From assembly GCA_965655095.1 (NCBI GenBank), contig OZ296649.1, positions 106,082,001 through 106,146,000 of the forward strand: 64,000 bases of DNA, written 5' to 3'. Of the stretch, positions 13,300-27,188 are shown one piece after another. Every line of letters starts with the position of its first letter. Position 1 is the stretch's first letter. The translations under genes were made by a program, and so were the position numbers. The stretch comes from Haplodiscus bocki (Eukaryota). The notes beneath the pieces are model-generated. The model saw only the letters and a list, made by a program, of their open reading frames with translations, did no database searches and had not been told where the DNA came from.

Positions 13300-16200
13300 A
13301 AACGCCTGGTTCACCATCAGGTATCTTAGGGGAACTCCTCCCATCACTGTCACGCTAAAATCAAAGAACTTTCCAAGGATTGAAGTCATCATTGCTAAGA
13401 AGGTCCGCAGAGCCAGAGCCAACAGGGACATCAGGCGAAGGTGGTGGTACAAGGTCATGTGGGAGAGGATTGGGGACCAACGGTTCAGTTGGTGTGCAGG
13501 ATGGTCGGGGTGTAATAAAGCACTAGGGGCTTCGACAACTTCATCAGTAAATCTTCAAGAAGACCAGGGAAAACCTGATCAAAAAGAGAAGGTTCAGACC
13601 CCTGCCGTGTTATCAGGTCAGCAAGGGAATTAAAGGGTTGATAACAGGCAAATCCTCAAAGGGTATTGTGGAGGAAATGGCCGAAGCATATACGATGTAG
13701 GCACTGAGTTAAATTCGTTCCTACTTAGCGACTGACGTATTTAGAATTCCTAAAGACTTGTTCCACTCTATAGAAACCAATGGGCACGGCATCTACCCAC
13801 ATGGCCAATATTAGAAGTTTTTGGATTCTGAACTAGCAAACAGTACTTGTGTTTTGGAAGAAGGGAAGAAGCTTAGCGGTCAAAGAAATATTGTACGCGG
13901 TGACGGTACCATCACGCGAAGCACAAAATACATTATACGGTCTTGCATAGAACTAGTGAAAACGTATAGAAGTTCCAGGTTTTGAATGATTTTGGTGTTA
14001 AGACATTGATCAAGGCTTGTAACAGCTTCTCTAAATTGAAACATTTAAGAAGTAGTACACCCCATGAAGGCATGACGGGAAGCATTATGAACATAAACAA
14101 CTATGTCAACAAACGTGTGCCAGTTTTTTCTGATTTTAATGTCATAAAAACCAAGATGCTGTTCAAGAGACACGAAGGCAATTCCAATTGAACCAACTGT
14201 TTGAAGTTGTTTGAAAGTGAAATACTCGAGATTGATTTCAAGAAGCTTTGAGAGCTCAGTCATTACCTTCGCTATAGAAGCAGTTGCCATCGCTAAATGT
14301 AGCTTTCGGAGACTAAACGATGAACCCAAGAAAAAGTGACATAAGTTTTGGCAACACGAAAGTAGGGGCATATTTTTTACACCTCGGAAATTCTAAAAGA
14401 CACTTGGGAAAAAACATCTTCAGCGGTTAAAATGTGTCTAAAGCCAGCGGAAAGTTCACAACGACATCTATTGAAGTAGGTCGCACAGCAAATCATTATA
14501 AGTGGCTAACCAGAAAGGTGGAGGATTTACAGTGGCGTGATTGACTTCAAGACTTGATGAACAGTTCTTGATGTAGTTCGCCAGAAATTCTACAAGCCTG
14601 GGAAAATCAAATTTTTGACGGAGAAAACACGATGTTTTACTAATGTTGACATGGCCAGCTAGCTCATTATGAATCCAATAAAAACTTCTCAACAAAAATT
14701 TGTTGCTAAAACATTTTGTCGCGTGAGAGATCCATCTGTGAAAAAAATTGCTGTTTGTAACACTTCAAAAAATTGCATGCGATCAAAACATCTCAAGTAA
14801 TTACGCAGTTCAGTGCTCCAGTACAGCAATGGTTCTGGCAGTTGAGTTGCCATCCAGTGAAAAACTAGTTTATTTTCAGGTCCTATTGATTGGTCTTTAA
14901 ATTCAAGGATTCCATTTTACGTGGGAGATAAAGCTCATTTACGAGACCAGAAGAATGAAGTTCACAATATCACTGGGAAAACGAGACGGCATAAAACCAT
15001 ACTGCATGGTGTAACGGAGATATCAGATATTTGCGTTCCAATCTTAAACGAGACATTTCGAACGGCAATTTTAGAATTGCAACGAAAGACAATTTTGCAG
15101 TGTAGCCTTATATGAGAACGAGACAAAAGTCAGCGGCAGTATTTGCTCACCAGAGAAGGTCAACACACGTCCACAAGCTTGGAGGAATGATTCTCCTGCG
15201 AAAATTTATTTAAAATACCACTAATAGTGAGGACTAAAACAGGTTAAGTGCTGCGCTGCCTGAAAGAATATGGGCAAAAGTAAGAAATCATAACGTACGG
15301 CAAAATAGTCAACGGAATAAAAGGAAGGTTTCAAGAACCTCGCCATTAAAAACTAGGGCCGAAAGAAACTGGGACATAGGTTTGTGTTTTCCCAAAATGG
15401 TCAGTGATATAATCCTCAATCATAAGAACATATCCTAGAGCGTATAAGCAAGCATCAATTAGAACTGCATACTGAGCAATTGCTTTAAAAGCCTTGATTA
15501 AAAGTTGGACTCAATCCGAAACTTTAACGAGCTTGTCAACACGTTTTTGATGTTTGTCAGCGGGGACAGGACATTTGTTTTTCTCAAAAGTTGCTAAAAG
15601 TGCATGTTTTCCTCTAAGTTTTGGTAAAAGATCCAGAATACAGTAAAAAAGCAACAAAATGACGAATCCTTTTCAGGCTTTCTGGTTTCTTAGGAGTAAA
15701 CAAGAAGTTTGAGCACATTCTCTTTTCATGTTGCATCCGTTCACTAGTGACTGTAAATGCAAGGAAAATCATTTCACTAAATCCGAACGGACTTTTACCA
15801 GGGTTGAGTTTAAGTCCCGCTTTGCTAAAACAGTCTAAAATGGACTTCAAATTGCTTAAAAAGTCATCAAAGATAGAGATGGCTGTACGCATGAGAACGT
15901 GATACAACTGACACTAGGCAACATTAGGTTGTGCGCACATGCATTACAACTCGAGTGTGCAAAAAGGGAATTGAAAAAAAAACATCTGTCTCGGTTACAA
16001 TGTGCGTCAAGCCAGCGGAAGTTTCCCGACGGTATATATTTGACGCAGTTCGCCCAGCAATTCACTACCATTGCCTTATGAGAGAAAAGATGGCTTTAGA
16101 GCTGAGTGTTTGACTGGATTGGCTTCGAAGATGTGAGAATAAGTTCATGCCGTAGTTCGTGAGAATCTTTGCAAGCCGGGAAAACGAATTTTCTGACAGA

Positions 16201-19200
16201 AAAGTTACGCTATATTACTAATACTGACATGGCCAGCAAGTTTATTTTCAAGAATGCACCATTAATTCTCTGACTAAAAATGTGCCGGAAAATCATGTTC
16301 TCTATCAATTGATCTGATATACCAGTGTTACCAAAAAGTTTGCTGCATAAAACACCATGAAAACTTCCTGAGTGATAGAAAGGTTTCAGGTATCTACGCA
16401 GATCAGAGCTCAAGTACAGCGATGGTTCTGGTGTTTGAGTTGCCAACCAGTACAGCGTGAAGCAGTTCAACAATCGGGTTCTTTCTTTGTTTGTTCGGTA
16501 AATAAAAAGAATTCCAATTCATGTATGATTTCAAGCTCATCCATGAGACTAGAAGCATGAAGTTCAGTAGAGGCAGTCCCGATATCACTTGGAGAACAAG
16601 AAGGCATAAAAAAACACCGTATTGGGTAATGGAGTTATCCCCCATTTGCGATATTCGAATGTGAATTTACACGAATACCGGTCAAAAAGTCAGCGGCAGC
16701 AATTGCTTTCCAGGGCATCTCTACCGGGACAAAGTAAGAAAAATCAAAACAAGGTCAACTTTTTCATATGAGAATGAAAGAATAGTTTCTGATGGGGAAC
16801 AAAAATTGTATTAAACTACCACTATCAGTGAGCACTAAAACAATTTACTGCATCACTACCCGAAAGAACATGGGCAAACGTCACAGAACATAAAGTTCGG
16901 CAATGATGTCCTGTGAAAAAATGAAAGGTTTTGAGTAACTTGGTATTAAAAGAATCGGAAAGAAGGAGACTGGAACATTGATATTGAGTTGTCCCAAACT
17001 GGTCAGTGATATCAACCTCGATCAAAAAGACATATCCTATAACGTAAAATCGAGCATAAGTTAGAATTGCATACTGAAATGTTTGCTTTAGGGAGCCTTA
17101 ACAAAAAGTTCCATGCTTATTCCAAATCCTAACTGAGTTCGTCAACACGTTCCTGTTTATCAGTGAGGACAGGAACATAGTCCGTTCTGAAAAAATGGTA
17201 GAAGTTCAAATATTTCTCTCAGAGTTGCGGTAAAAAAGAACCAGAAAACAGAAAAAAGCCAATGAAACTGTGGATATGCCCCAGGATTTTTTGCAGTTAT
17301 GGAGTAGACAAGAAGTTTGAACGAAGTCTTCAGTCACGTTGCATCCCTTTAGTAGTAATAGTAATTAAAAAGAAAGTTATTTCAATTATTCGGAATCCAA
17401 GTTTGCCAAGGATGAATTTAGGTCTTGCTTTATCAAGACACTCAAAAACGGATCTCAAATTTGGAAGTCATCAACTATAGACAAACCAGGTCTGAATTAT
17501 TTACGCATTGAGCGGGAACAAAACACTGGTAACTACATTTGGGCATAAAAAAACTCACGTCATTCACAGACCGACTGAAGCTTCGTGCTGAGCGTAGGTT
17601 GACAAAAGCTTGTGAAAAAAAGTTGATAGACAAAAGTTGAGGCAACGCCTCCACCATTTGCAAATGGCGACAAACCTGAACACAATCAAGCCTAGCAAAA
17701 GTTCTTTCCACGAGATGCGAGCTAACATCCGGAAAATGGCAATGGGACCATTATGATTAGCGTAGTCATGTCGCAGGTGATAAATCCGACGAAAATCTAG
17801 AGACAGTCCGAATATTTCTGAAGGTTTACGAACGGCAAATTTGGGTGGAGCAATTCGAAAAGGTTAGTGTTATGACGCCCCAAAACCCAATAAGTGGGGT
17901 AGTTCAACAGGGACCTCTTCACTAAAATGTATAGGAGAAAGTGAGCCTGCATTGTGTATGGGCCCACTGTGTACTGAAGTCAAGTTAACCTGAAACTCAT
18001 TACAACCCATGTCGAGCTTGGCATCAAAAAAGTGGCGTTGAGGGAATTGTTCTGAAAGTATCTATTGATCAGCAGAATTAATTGATGGGATAGGTTGCTC
18101 AGCGCTTTCAGATTGACAAAAATCTCATTGCAAAAACGACGTTAATGATCCGTGAGTTCTTCCGGAAATGGACAGTTTTCAGGTTTCGAAAACCAAAGAT
18201 CGTGAACGAAAAGTCTTCGTATATGAATCGCCGATAAGTGCATTATTGTTTCGAATAAAATAATCAGAAGGCACTTGTGGATTCATCGATTGAAGCTATT
18301 GCGTCCGTTGAAGCAAAAAAAGTGAATCTAGCAAAACACGTACTTTTCGGGCCTGCAATTTTTTCTGGGGGGAAAACATTCCAAACTGTCAAAGATACTT
18401 GTTTATCCGGTTTCAAGGTGTCAATTCCGCTAAAAACGCAAAGACCTTCACGTTCCGCGAACTTTGGATTACGGTCAAGGACTGCAACAGCTTCAGCAGA
18501 GTGTGATGAATTGGATAACGTGCAAGGTACCATTTCACTAATATAGGGAGAGAAAGCAATAGATTTTGTTGTCTTCAGAAAAACTAATCTCTGCAGATAA
18601 AGAACCGAAATTACCATTATGATGAAGACGTTCCATAAGTTGTTGAGCAAAGTCAGGAAGTTTGAGAGTCCGCCATTTTGGATCAATGGAAAAATCATTC
18701 TGGTCAAAAATAAAGGAGACCTAAACTAATTTGGCTCATAGACTTCAAAAAGGAAAGTGTATGAGAAAACGTTTTATTATCAATGTGAGAGGTAGCTTTG
18801 AATGTTCCATGGGACTGACAATAGCACCAATAGCAACTCAGAAGACACTACACAGGATTATGAAGAGAAATACAAGGGCATTGGCATTGAAGTTTGTTAA
18901 AACAGAAACACATATAGCTCTAGAAAAAACCTAAGCATGAATAAAAGCTCTCACTGGTAAAAATCAATGGATATGGAAAAGAAGCTTCGAAGAAAAAGAT
19001 TAATACAGGAAGGAGAAAAGGTGAGAGATTTGTGCGCCTTGGCTAGTTTTTATAATTATGCGCAGGGTAGTTCAGTTCGCAACAAGCATGATAGCCACGA
19101 CTGTGTGATCTGAATCCAATTCGTTGAAGGAATTATCTGCAGCCTTGCCATTTGTTGTTGTGGCACATAGTTCGAAAGCGAAGATTGAAGGTATGGTGAA

Positions 19201-20450
19201 GCAGTAGGTTGTAGATTCGGAGGACGAAACAAACAAAATGAAGCGTATGGCCAACCTTACTACAAATTGGACAATAGTGTTGCTATGGTTGAGAATACTG
19301 CTGATTGTTGGGTCGCGCAGTTTGCCAATTTTTACTATTAATGCTGTTGGTGTTACGCAAGTCGTTAATGTTTGGGGTCCAATTTTGTTAATTGTTACGC
19401 GACTTTGAATTTTAGTTACTTTTCATGGGAATTGTTGAAGTTACTAGTTTTCTTTTGGTTCTCCAGGCAATTTTGGTGAGTGAACCGATTTTGGTTGTTC
19501 TGCTTCAGCTGATTGATACCAGGTCCCCAGTGTATACTCAAATCTTGAGGTTTTGCTGATATTTTTTTGTCTCATGTTTCCGAGAACTTGCGCTTGAGAG
19601 CGATTGGTTCCCAGTTAGAAGATCCTTACTGGTTATGGAACTAACTTCATTGAAGACATAATCATCATCTTCGGGAAACAACCGGTCAACAATCACTTTC
19701 GTCGCCCAATCAATTGTGCTGTGCTCTGGTTGCGTCATCAAAAATCCTCCCAATTCTCACACGTCTGTTGCGCTATATGCTCTGCTGCAACAGCTGGTCG
19801 GTCACTTTCAGCTACACGTGCTTTTTTGTTTGCGTAAGCTTACAATGCCAATCGCTTTACCACACTTCCGAGGGTTTCATTTTTCGCTCTGTGATGAGAA
19901 GTTATTGAGACACTTTGATCACTTTGGTAGCGAGTGCAAAGTGCAGCAAGCGCATTACAACACTCTCCTCCTGTAGCAGCTAGCTCTTGATAACAAGTGA
20001 GAGCACCTCACTTGAAAAGATGACATTGAAATCGTTCTCTGTCGGCAATTCCAACAATTTTAATGCACCTTTTGAACTGGCGAAGAAACTTACTGAAAAT
20101 CTCTTTTCTGACCCATTGAAGGGTTGCAATGCGAAGAAACTTATTGATATACTTCTTCTTACCCATCGAAAGGTTGTATATTAAAAAGAGGCCGGATGGC
20201 GCTCAAGGATGATTAATACTAAATTTTTTTCCAATGAGCTGTGGTGAGGTAGAGCTATTTCGAAAATAACGTATTTGTATAGGCAAACATGTCGAGATTT
20301 GTAGAAGATTTGTAATGCAGTGTTAGAAGTTTGTAGACAAATGTGAAACAAGCGGCGATATTTTCTGTCAAGGGGGCGCAAAGAAGATTGATCGTACATA
20401 CACCAAGTCAATATCAAAAGAAAGCAGATATTTGACAAGATAAATCCGAA
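13300..20450 (-). mobile_element. Decayed Gypsy gag-pol (gag, Zn knuckle, protease, RT, RNase H, integrase)
   Basis: RT: ILDCFSKAGLKLNPGKSPFGFSEMIFLAFTVT (15614..15907) and FARLDCVQVCRHLQM (17475..17711). RNase H: QYAVLIDACLYALGYVLMIEDYITD (~15400-15475). Integrase HHCC-like: IHNELAGHVNISKT..NYIKNCSS (14468..14695). Degenerate protease and CCHC sites at ~18950-19095. The order RT-RH-IN is that of Gypsy. Confidence 0.8.
14800..17550. repeat. ~1.6-kb diverged tandem duplication of the RT-RNase H block
   Basis: Paired blocks: GTACAGC.ATGGTTCTGG at 14821/16413; AGTCAGCGGCAG at ~15128/16689; GGTCAGTGATAT..ACATATCCTA..TGCATACTGA at ~15399/17001. Confidence 0.75.
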
Positions 20451-20749
20451 GGAGATTTTGCAGAAGCATTCAAGCCGGTAGTTTCACAAAATTTTGAGTT
20501 TCAAGAACGACGAAAAATGAAAATCGAGCGGACCTTTTAGCGTTTTCGGCCCATCAAGACTCCAACCCGGGGAACAAAACAGATTGTTCCACCTGAACTC
20601 CATCAAAAAGTACAACACCGTCAATTCAGACCTTTAAAGAAGAATTTAAAGCTGTTGTTTTCCAGAAGGATAAGATGGAACATCGAGATAAGTCTTTATT
20701 AAAAGCACTTTTGCCACTAATGGCCTGTCAGCATTTTAATTCCGATGTA

Positions 20750-22250
20750 GAGAACAATTTTCAATATGAGATTTCCGATTGAGACTTTCGCCTATCAAGC
20801 CGAAATGAATCAAGCCTATGAATGTCGAGAAAAATAGTTTGAACATCGAGAAGATTCAATGTTACTAGCACATTCTGGAATCCTCCTCAGACTATCAGAA
20901 TTCTGGACCAAGTCTCCGAAGGAATTGTTTTTGAAACGAATTCGCCTCTATAGATGTGAAGCTGTGGATTGACACTTTGGGGCAAGAAATCAAACCTGTA
21001 GCCAATGAGAACTTTGACTCTGAAGATCGAGATAAGTCAATACTGTTAACGTTCTCTTGGGATCTTCAGTAAATCAAAATTCTGACCCACGCAACAGAAG
21101 TATTGGTTTTCAAATCGAGGACTCCTGTACAAGTTTTGAGTTTTTGATTGAGACCTCGATGGAAGGAATAGAGCCTGTCATTATCGAGAAACAAGAATTT
21201 GAAAATCGAGAAGATTACTAGCAATTTTTGGAAGCTTCTTCAGACAATCAGAATTCGAAATCAAGGCCCCAAAAACATTGGAATGCGTTGACCACCATGA
21301 ATGTGAAGCTTTCGATTGAATACTGGAGGGAAGAAATCAAACCTGTAGCTAGTGAATTACTTGAGTTTGAAGATGGAAATAAATCATAGTGTTAGGGTTT
21401 CTTGCAGTCTTCGGACAATCAATACTCCCACACATGGAAAAGAAGCAACAGTTTTCCAATCGAATAGTCCTTAGGACGTTTTGAATTTCCGATCGAGACC
21501 TTCATGCGAGGAATCAAGACTGTGATAACCTGGAAAACTGAATCCAAATTAACAGCATTTTTTTTGCATTGTTCGGGCTAGCACAATTCTGATGCAAAGA
21601 TAAAAGTAAAACATTTTTCAATCAAATCCACTTCTACAAATGAACAATTTTCGGTTGAGATCTAGATGGAAAAAACTGAACCTGTAATTACGGTTAAACA
21701 AGAGTTCGAATGTGAAAATTCGCAATAATAAAGCACATTTTGGATTTTTCGCATCATCAGGATCCTGATGCAAGTGTCAAAATAATTGATTTTTCAATCA
21801 AATTAACCTTTACAAGCGTACAGCGGTCGATTTAGAGGTCATTAGAAAATATGAAGCCTGTAGTTATGTAGAACGTTGATTTTGAATATAGAGTTACATC
21901 AATTTTCATAGAAAACTTAGGAGAATTCGGATTATCAGGATTCTGATGCAATTATCGAAGTCAATCATTTTCAACAGAATCTTCCACTACAAGGGCGACT
22001 TTCTTCGATTGAGATCTAAATGGACGAAATCAAACCTGTGATTAGCGGGAAACATCAGTTAGAATGTCCACTTGAAACAAAATTTTATGCACTTTTTCGG
22101 AATATCAGGATTCTGATGCATGTACCAAAACGGACAGATTTTTATGGGAATGGTTTGCTACTACTTGAAAGGTTTCAATTGAGACTTTGACAGAAGAATG
22201 CGAGTAAGTAGTTATGTAGAATTGGAGTAATTGAAAATCGAGCTTTCAAA
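20750..22250. repeat. Degenerate ~175-bp tandem array (about 8 units)
   Basis: Recurring [AG]AT[TC]CTGATGCA at ~21586, 21761, 21940, 22109. AA[AG]CCTGT-like cores at ~20811, 20991, 21171, 21338, 21516, 21678, 21853, 22032. Confidence 0.7.
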
Positions 22251-22834
22251 ACTAATGGCAATTTTGTCGCATTAACGGTGGCACAAGGTAGAAAACCAAA
22301 GATTTCTCCATGGAATACTCTTGTAGAAGTAGAAAAATTTCGATGGAGACTTGGATGAAAGAATTTAACCATTCATTTTTGAAGAAAAGTGAGTTGCAAC
22401 AATAGAATTTCTATGCTATTTGCCCTTTTTGGCGTTTTTTCAACGTAAGAATTCCAGAACGATTTGGTCCAGCAGATCTGTTTTCGAAATAATTTTGTGT
22501 TTTTTTTTATCCCAGAGACACTAAGATAGTGAAAAAAAACGGATCCCAAAAAGTCTGAAAAAATTTCAGTTAGTTTCCTTTATATTTAAAAATTTCAATG
22601 GATCAATGAATTTCTAATTTTTTCGGCTTTTCAGGAAAACCAATTCTTTCATTTTGTTTTGAAAAATATCCCGAAAAAACTTTGGTTTCAGTTACGTCGC
22701 CAAACCTATTTTTTTGAGAGAAAAGCTCAGTTTTCAAAAAAAAAAACCATGACTTCTGTTGAAAAAACCCTGTTTTTTGCTAATAAAAAGTAGGAATGTG
22801 TCAAGGAGTGTCTGAAAATATGTAAAAAAAAATA

Positions 22835-22900
22835 TGGCCTACATCGGGATTCGAACAAGCCACCTCCGCTTCCGAACCGCGGTCACACCCGACCAATGTA
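22835..22900 (-). mobile_element. tRNA-derived (SINE-like) head, degenerate
   Basis: The minus strand reads ..TTGTTCGAATCCCGATGTAGGCCA followed by a T-run (B-box-like). No complete cloverleaf. Confidence 0.35.
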
Positions 22901-24280
22901 TTATACAACACACCGACTCTGCAGACTTGAACTCTGCGCGTCATGCGCAGTTTCAGGAAAAGGAAAAAACTCCGACTACTGAATTGAATATTTTCTTTTC
23001 GAAAAATTTTTTCGAAGAAAAATGATGAAGCAGAAGACTAAAACTCCTGCTACCAAGTCATGTGACACAGGTCGTCGGGCCGTTCAGATTATTTTCATGT
23101 TAGTTATGTGAGAAGGCGGAAAATTAGGAAATGTAATTTCTGATGCTTCTCATCCCTTTGTATCACAAAAAAGAGTACTACAGGTTCATCTCCTATACAT
23201 CTTTTGAGGGAGAAAGGCCTTCCTAAAGTTTTATCAGTGAGGAGATAAGGGAAACAGTGTAGATTTCACAGGAGTTGAAAGAGGATGCGGGCAGTTTGTC
23301 TTGCGTTACTCTGAGGAGTAATTCTCTATTAAGTGGTTCTTCTGTCTCGCTCACTGTTACACACGTATTGTGTGTTTAGCATCGTGCTGTTTTGCAATTT
23401 GGCCAGAGTTGTCATGGTTTCATATCTGCTTCCTTGGGTAGAACGATTTTTTGATGTTTTATCTATGAATAGTATCATGACAATATGGCTATTATGAAAA
23501 AAAAGTCCGTCAGAGTTCTGACATAGAATTGGATAAAATATTTCAACTGCGATCAAAAGAAGCTGAAAGAAACAGAACTCAGGTCGCTCAGAAATCGTTA
23601 AAACAGTGCGGGAACTACACTTGGAGTTTACCGCCAATAATCGCCTCTTGGACAACTGAAGAAATATGGAATCAAAGTTTCAAAAAATTACACGGACAAA
23701 AGATGAAGTAAATTGAAGAAGAAATTTTAAAAGGGAAGCCACGGATGGAATTGTACTGGTATTCACATTCTCTGAAGGTGGCATTCGAAAGTCTGAGCAA
23801 CGTCCAACAGTTTTTTCAGGGAGAAGGTGAGACTGGAGAAAAAAGCAGAACTTGTTTTTTGGATTCAGTTCATGCTTGTATGAATACATAAATTGATGTC
23901 TCAATGTACCATTTGCTCCGTAATTTTTTTTACGCAGTTTTGACATACTGCCCTTAGAAGTAGGCTATACCAACATTTAGGCGTACACAGAAAGTTCTAA
24001 AAAAACTGCAAACAGCTCATGTCACCGCTGCTCGTGGACATTTACGAAAAGTGGTGAAAATAGCCCATAGCAACCTCGGACACATCAGAGTTGGTCAGTT
24101 CAGCTCAATACAGGGGTTTCCAAACCAGCAGGCTTCAAAAAAGAACATTTTTACTAATTTCGTTGGGCTAAAACTGGTCATTACGAAATTTACGTTCCAT
24201 TTATCATCCTTTTCAAATCATGTGAAACAAATCAAGTTCTCAAACTTGTCTCAATTAGAAAAGAGCATTTTATAACCTAC

Positions 24281-24511
24281 CTTCGCATCCATCTCCATTC
24301 TCGGCTGTTTCTCATTTGGCGACTCTCTGGCCTGAGAATCATTTGATGCTAGTCTCCAGTTTCTCCTCACATTAACAAAGTTTTTGGCGAAATCATTCAC
24401 CTCATTCCATTCCAAAGGAGCCTGTTGTGGCACATCATAACACATTGTCGGCCATCCATCCCGCATCGAGCCTTCAGAATCTTCCGAGTCCGAATCAGAA
24501 GCTTCTTCCAT
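24281..24511 (-). pseudogene. F-box family copy C, coding exon 1 (downstream exons not recognisable)
   Basis: Acidic start MEEASDSDSEDSE plus the family motif GWPTMCYDVPQQAPLEWNEVNDFAKNFVNV. Phase-0 donor AAG|GTAGG at 24280, as in copy A. Confidence 0.6.
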
Positions 24512-27188
24512 CTAAGTAATCTGAAAGCTTCAAATTAATTGGGACAAGCAGCTTCCCGCTACCTATAAAGGAATCTAGAGCATTACAAATTGGAAGCTTC
24601 TGGAAATGTCGGCGTCACGCAAAAAAATTACACGACACTACGTCTCGTGACTTTATTTATAAACAAAACGCTGACGGGTCATATTTATTTGAAAATTTTA
24701 ATCGAGCCAATCAAACTTCTTTTCTCCTGTGAAGTCCGTTGAATTCTCAATGTGTAGCAAAATAATGAGTCGGAAACAAAGAAAATAGGCCACTGACGGG
24801 GCTCGATTATCGAAGCAAAATTAATTAGAGTTAAATTGAAACCTCCTGGTTACTCTTATTTTAAAAAATAGGTCATACCAAGGCCTAGGTACCACAATCA
24901 AGGACTGAAACTTGATGAAGTACCTGGAAAATAGCCAAACCATGCTCGATTTTCAAGTTTTTCTCCCAAAAAAAAAAACAATCAAAAATTTTTCAAACTC
25001 AACGAAAATGTGTTGTAAAATATATTCTTCCGTAATAGTTCTGTCGGAAAATTAGATGAATCCGTTCAAAAGGTGAAGAGACATTGAACTTTGAACAAAA
25101 AATTTTGATTTAAAAATGTAACAGTAAAAAAATGTCTATGAAAGTTGTTGGTTTCGTCTCTGAAACATCACTCCGTTTGCTTCATAATAAACGTACAGAT
25201 GTATGATGGCAAGAATCTTATTCAACTGCAGTTACGTTACGTATTGAGGGAACCTTATGTTAGTGAAGTAGAAGTGTCCGATTCCGCTATGTCACATCTT
25301 AAAAAAGATCAAGGTCGTATCTATAATATCTTTTGCCTTCGGTTGCGATATTAAAAAGACAAGCGTTAATTCAACAATCAGATATTTCCTAGAGGAACGT
25401 AGGTCACATAGTTGCGAGGCATTTAGCGCTAAGACTTTAGAATATTAAAACAAATTAAAATTAGAATTTAGCAGAATTCCCATCACATCGAAATCTGCAG
25501 ACAAATCAGAGCATCGAAAATTTTCCCATAGGATCGAAAAGCTGCAGAGTAATCAAAGCCGGTGCATTGATCATTAATCAGCTGCCCCTTAGCGATTTGC
25601 GGGTGTTTTTAGAAGCTGTATTAGCGATCCTCATGAAGGCGGCATTAGTGATTTTTTATTATCGATGCAATACAATGATCAAAGCGTCGAAAATTTTGGA
25701 CCATATAATGGTCTACTGGTCAATTTCGACGCTTTGGAATCAACAGTTTTCAGAATCGATGAATGGTTACCGTTTTGAAAAAGCGGAAAACAAGATGCAA
25801 CTTAGTGTGATAAATTTGAGAAAAAAGAATCTTTGAAGTACTAGAATATTTGAATCTAAGCTCTGATAACCACAAGTATTTGAAATTTAAAAGTAAACAA
25901 TGACGCTCGCCCTAGCAGGGGTAAGGGAAGAAACTTAATACAAAAGAATAAAGTAAATAACTAGCACGGACCATTTGGGTTTACTTAAGCGATCAGTCAC
26001 GCCCAGTAGGTCAACCACGAAGACGTTTGCGAAGAAACAATTAAAATCTAGAGGCTTTAAGTTTCACTGGATGCCTGAAACAAAGTCTCCCAATTGTACA
26101 ATCCAATCAACGTGCACTGTTACTTTAAATTGCTGATGACATCAAATACTCTATTCGGAATGGACGAGTGAAAAAACGCGCGAGGAAAATATTACTATTA
26201 ATATCAGAGTTATAAGCTCTGAGCCAATAAGAATCAAGTATTCGATTGTTCACAGGGACGCTTAGCGAAGGCCAGGTACCTAAGAGTTTCATGGCATCTG
26301 CTCCAGTAAAGCGAACAATCAATTCTAAATCGATCCTATTAACCCTAATTGACCTAGCGCTGCTTCAAAGCAAGCTACCGTTTTTCAACTTCCGAAACAG
26401 ATTTTCACAAACCATATTTACTTGCACGCTACATTTTCCACAGTTTGTTCTCATCTTGTCTAAGAGAATTAGTGCTTGGCGCTGCACTTTTATGTACGGT
26501 ATTCAAAAATACCAATCCTTCCTTGCAAAATGTCAAATTTCACGAAAAGTCCCTATGTGGCAAATTCTAAATCATTACGCACCCACGCCTTGTGCGTTAG
26601 AACCCAATACATAGTACTATGTTCTTACTACACGCCTCCGCGAAGCTGCGGTACCGAAAAAAAAACAAATTGTAAAGGGGGCGTGCGACGACAGGGGATC
26701 ACCGGAGCAAAATGAACGCTGATTGACAGACTTTTCAAACGCTCCATCATTCATTTCCCAAAAGTAGTGAAGATATTCAACTTTTAATTTTTTCTTTGTT
26801 CTCAATTTCGCTACTTTGTCTGGGTTTATTGGGGTTAAAACAGAAGAGCTGAACCTAAACTAATAAATTTACAGGCATCTATCACGCATTCAGATGGCAT
26901 TCCTTGGTACGAGTATAGTAGATTATATCCTGTAGAGTAAAATAAGGAGGTGATTGCTGCAGCTTTTAAGTTTTGCGTTAATTTCGCATAATTAACCTGA
27001 AGATTCTGCTGAGTACACATAAACACTACTTATACCCGAAACAAATGTCACCATTTTTTCTAGACAAGCCTTATTTTCGAATTAACTGAATTTGATTACT
27101 ACACTCATTTTACCAAAAGAAAGAGTTTCAAATTCCAATTACTAGCTAATGCAATCAATGCAAATTCAAAGAAGCCATAATATAGCCA

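Noticed and set aside
20750-22250. CRISPR-like reading of the periodic short motifs
   Set aside because: Whole units are homologous and degenerate, with no unique spacers. There are no cas genes and the context is eukaryotic.
22835-22900. Functional tRNA genes (also ~11480-11525, 52230, 55611)
   Set aside because: Only B-box-like remnants; no convincing acceptor stem, D-arm or anticodon arm.
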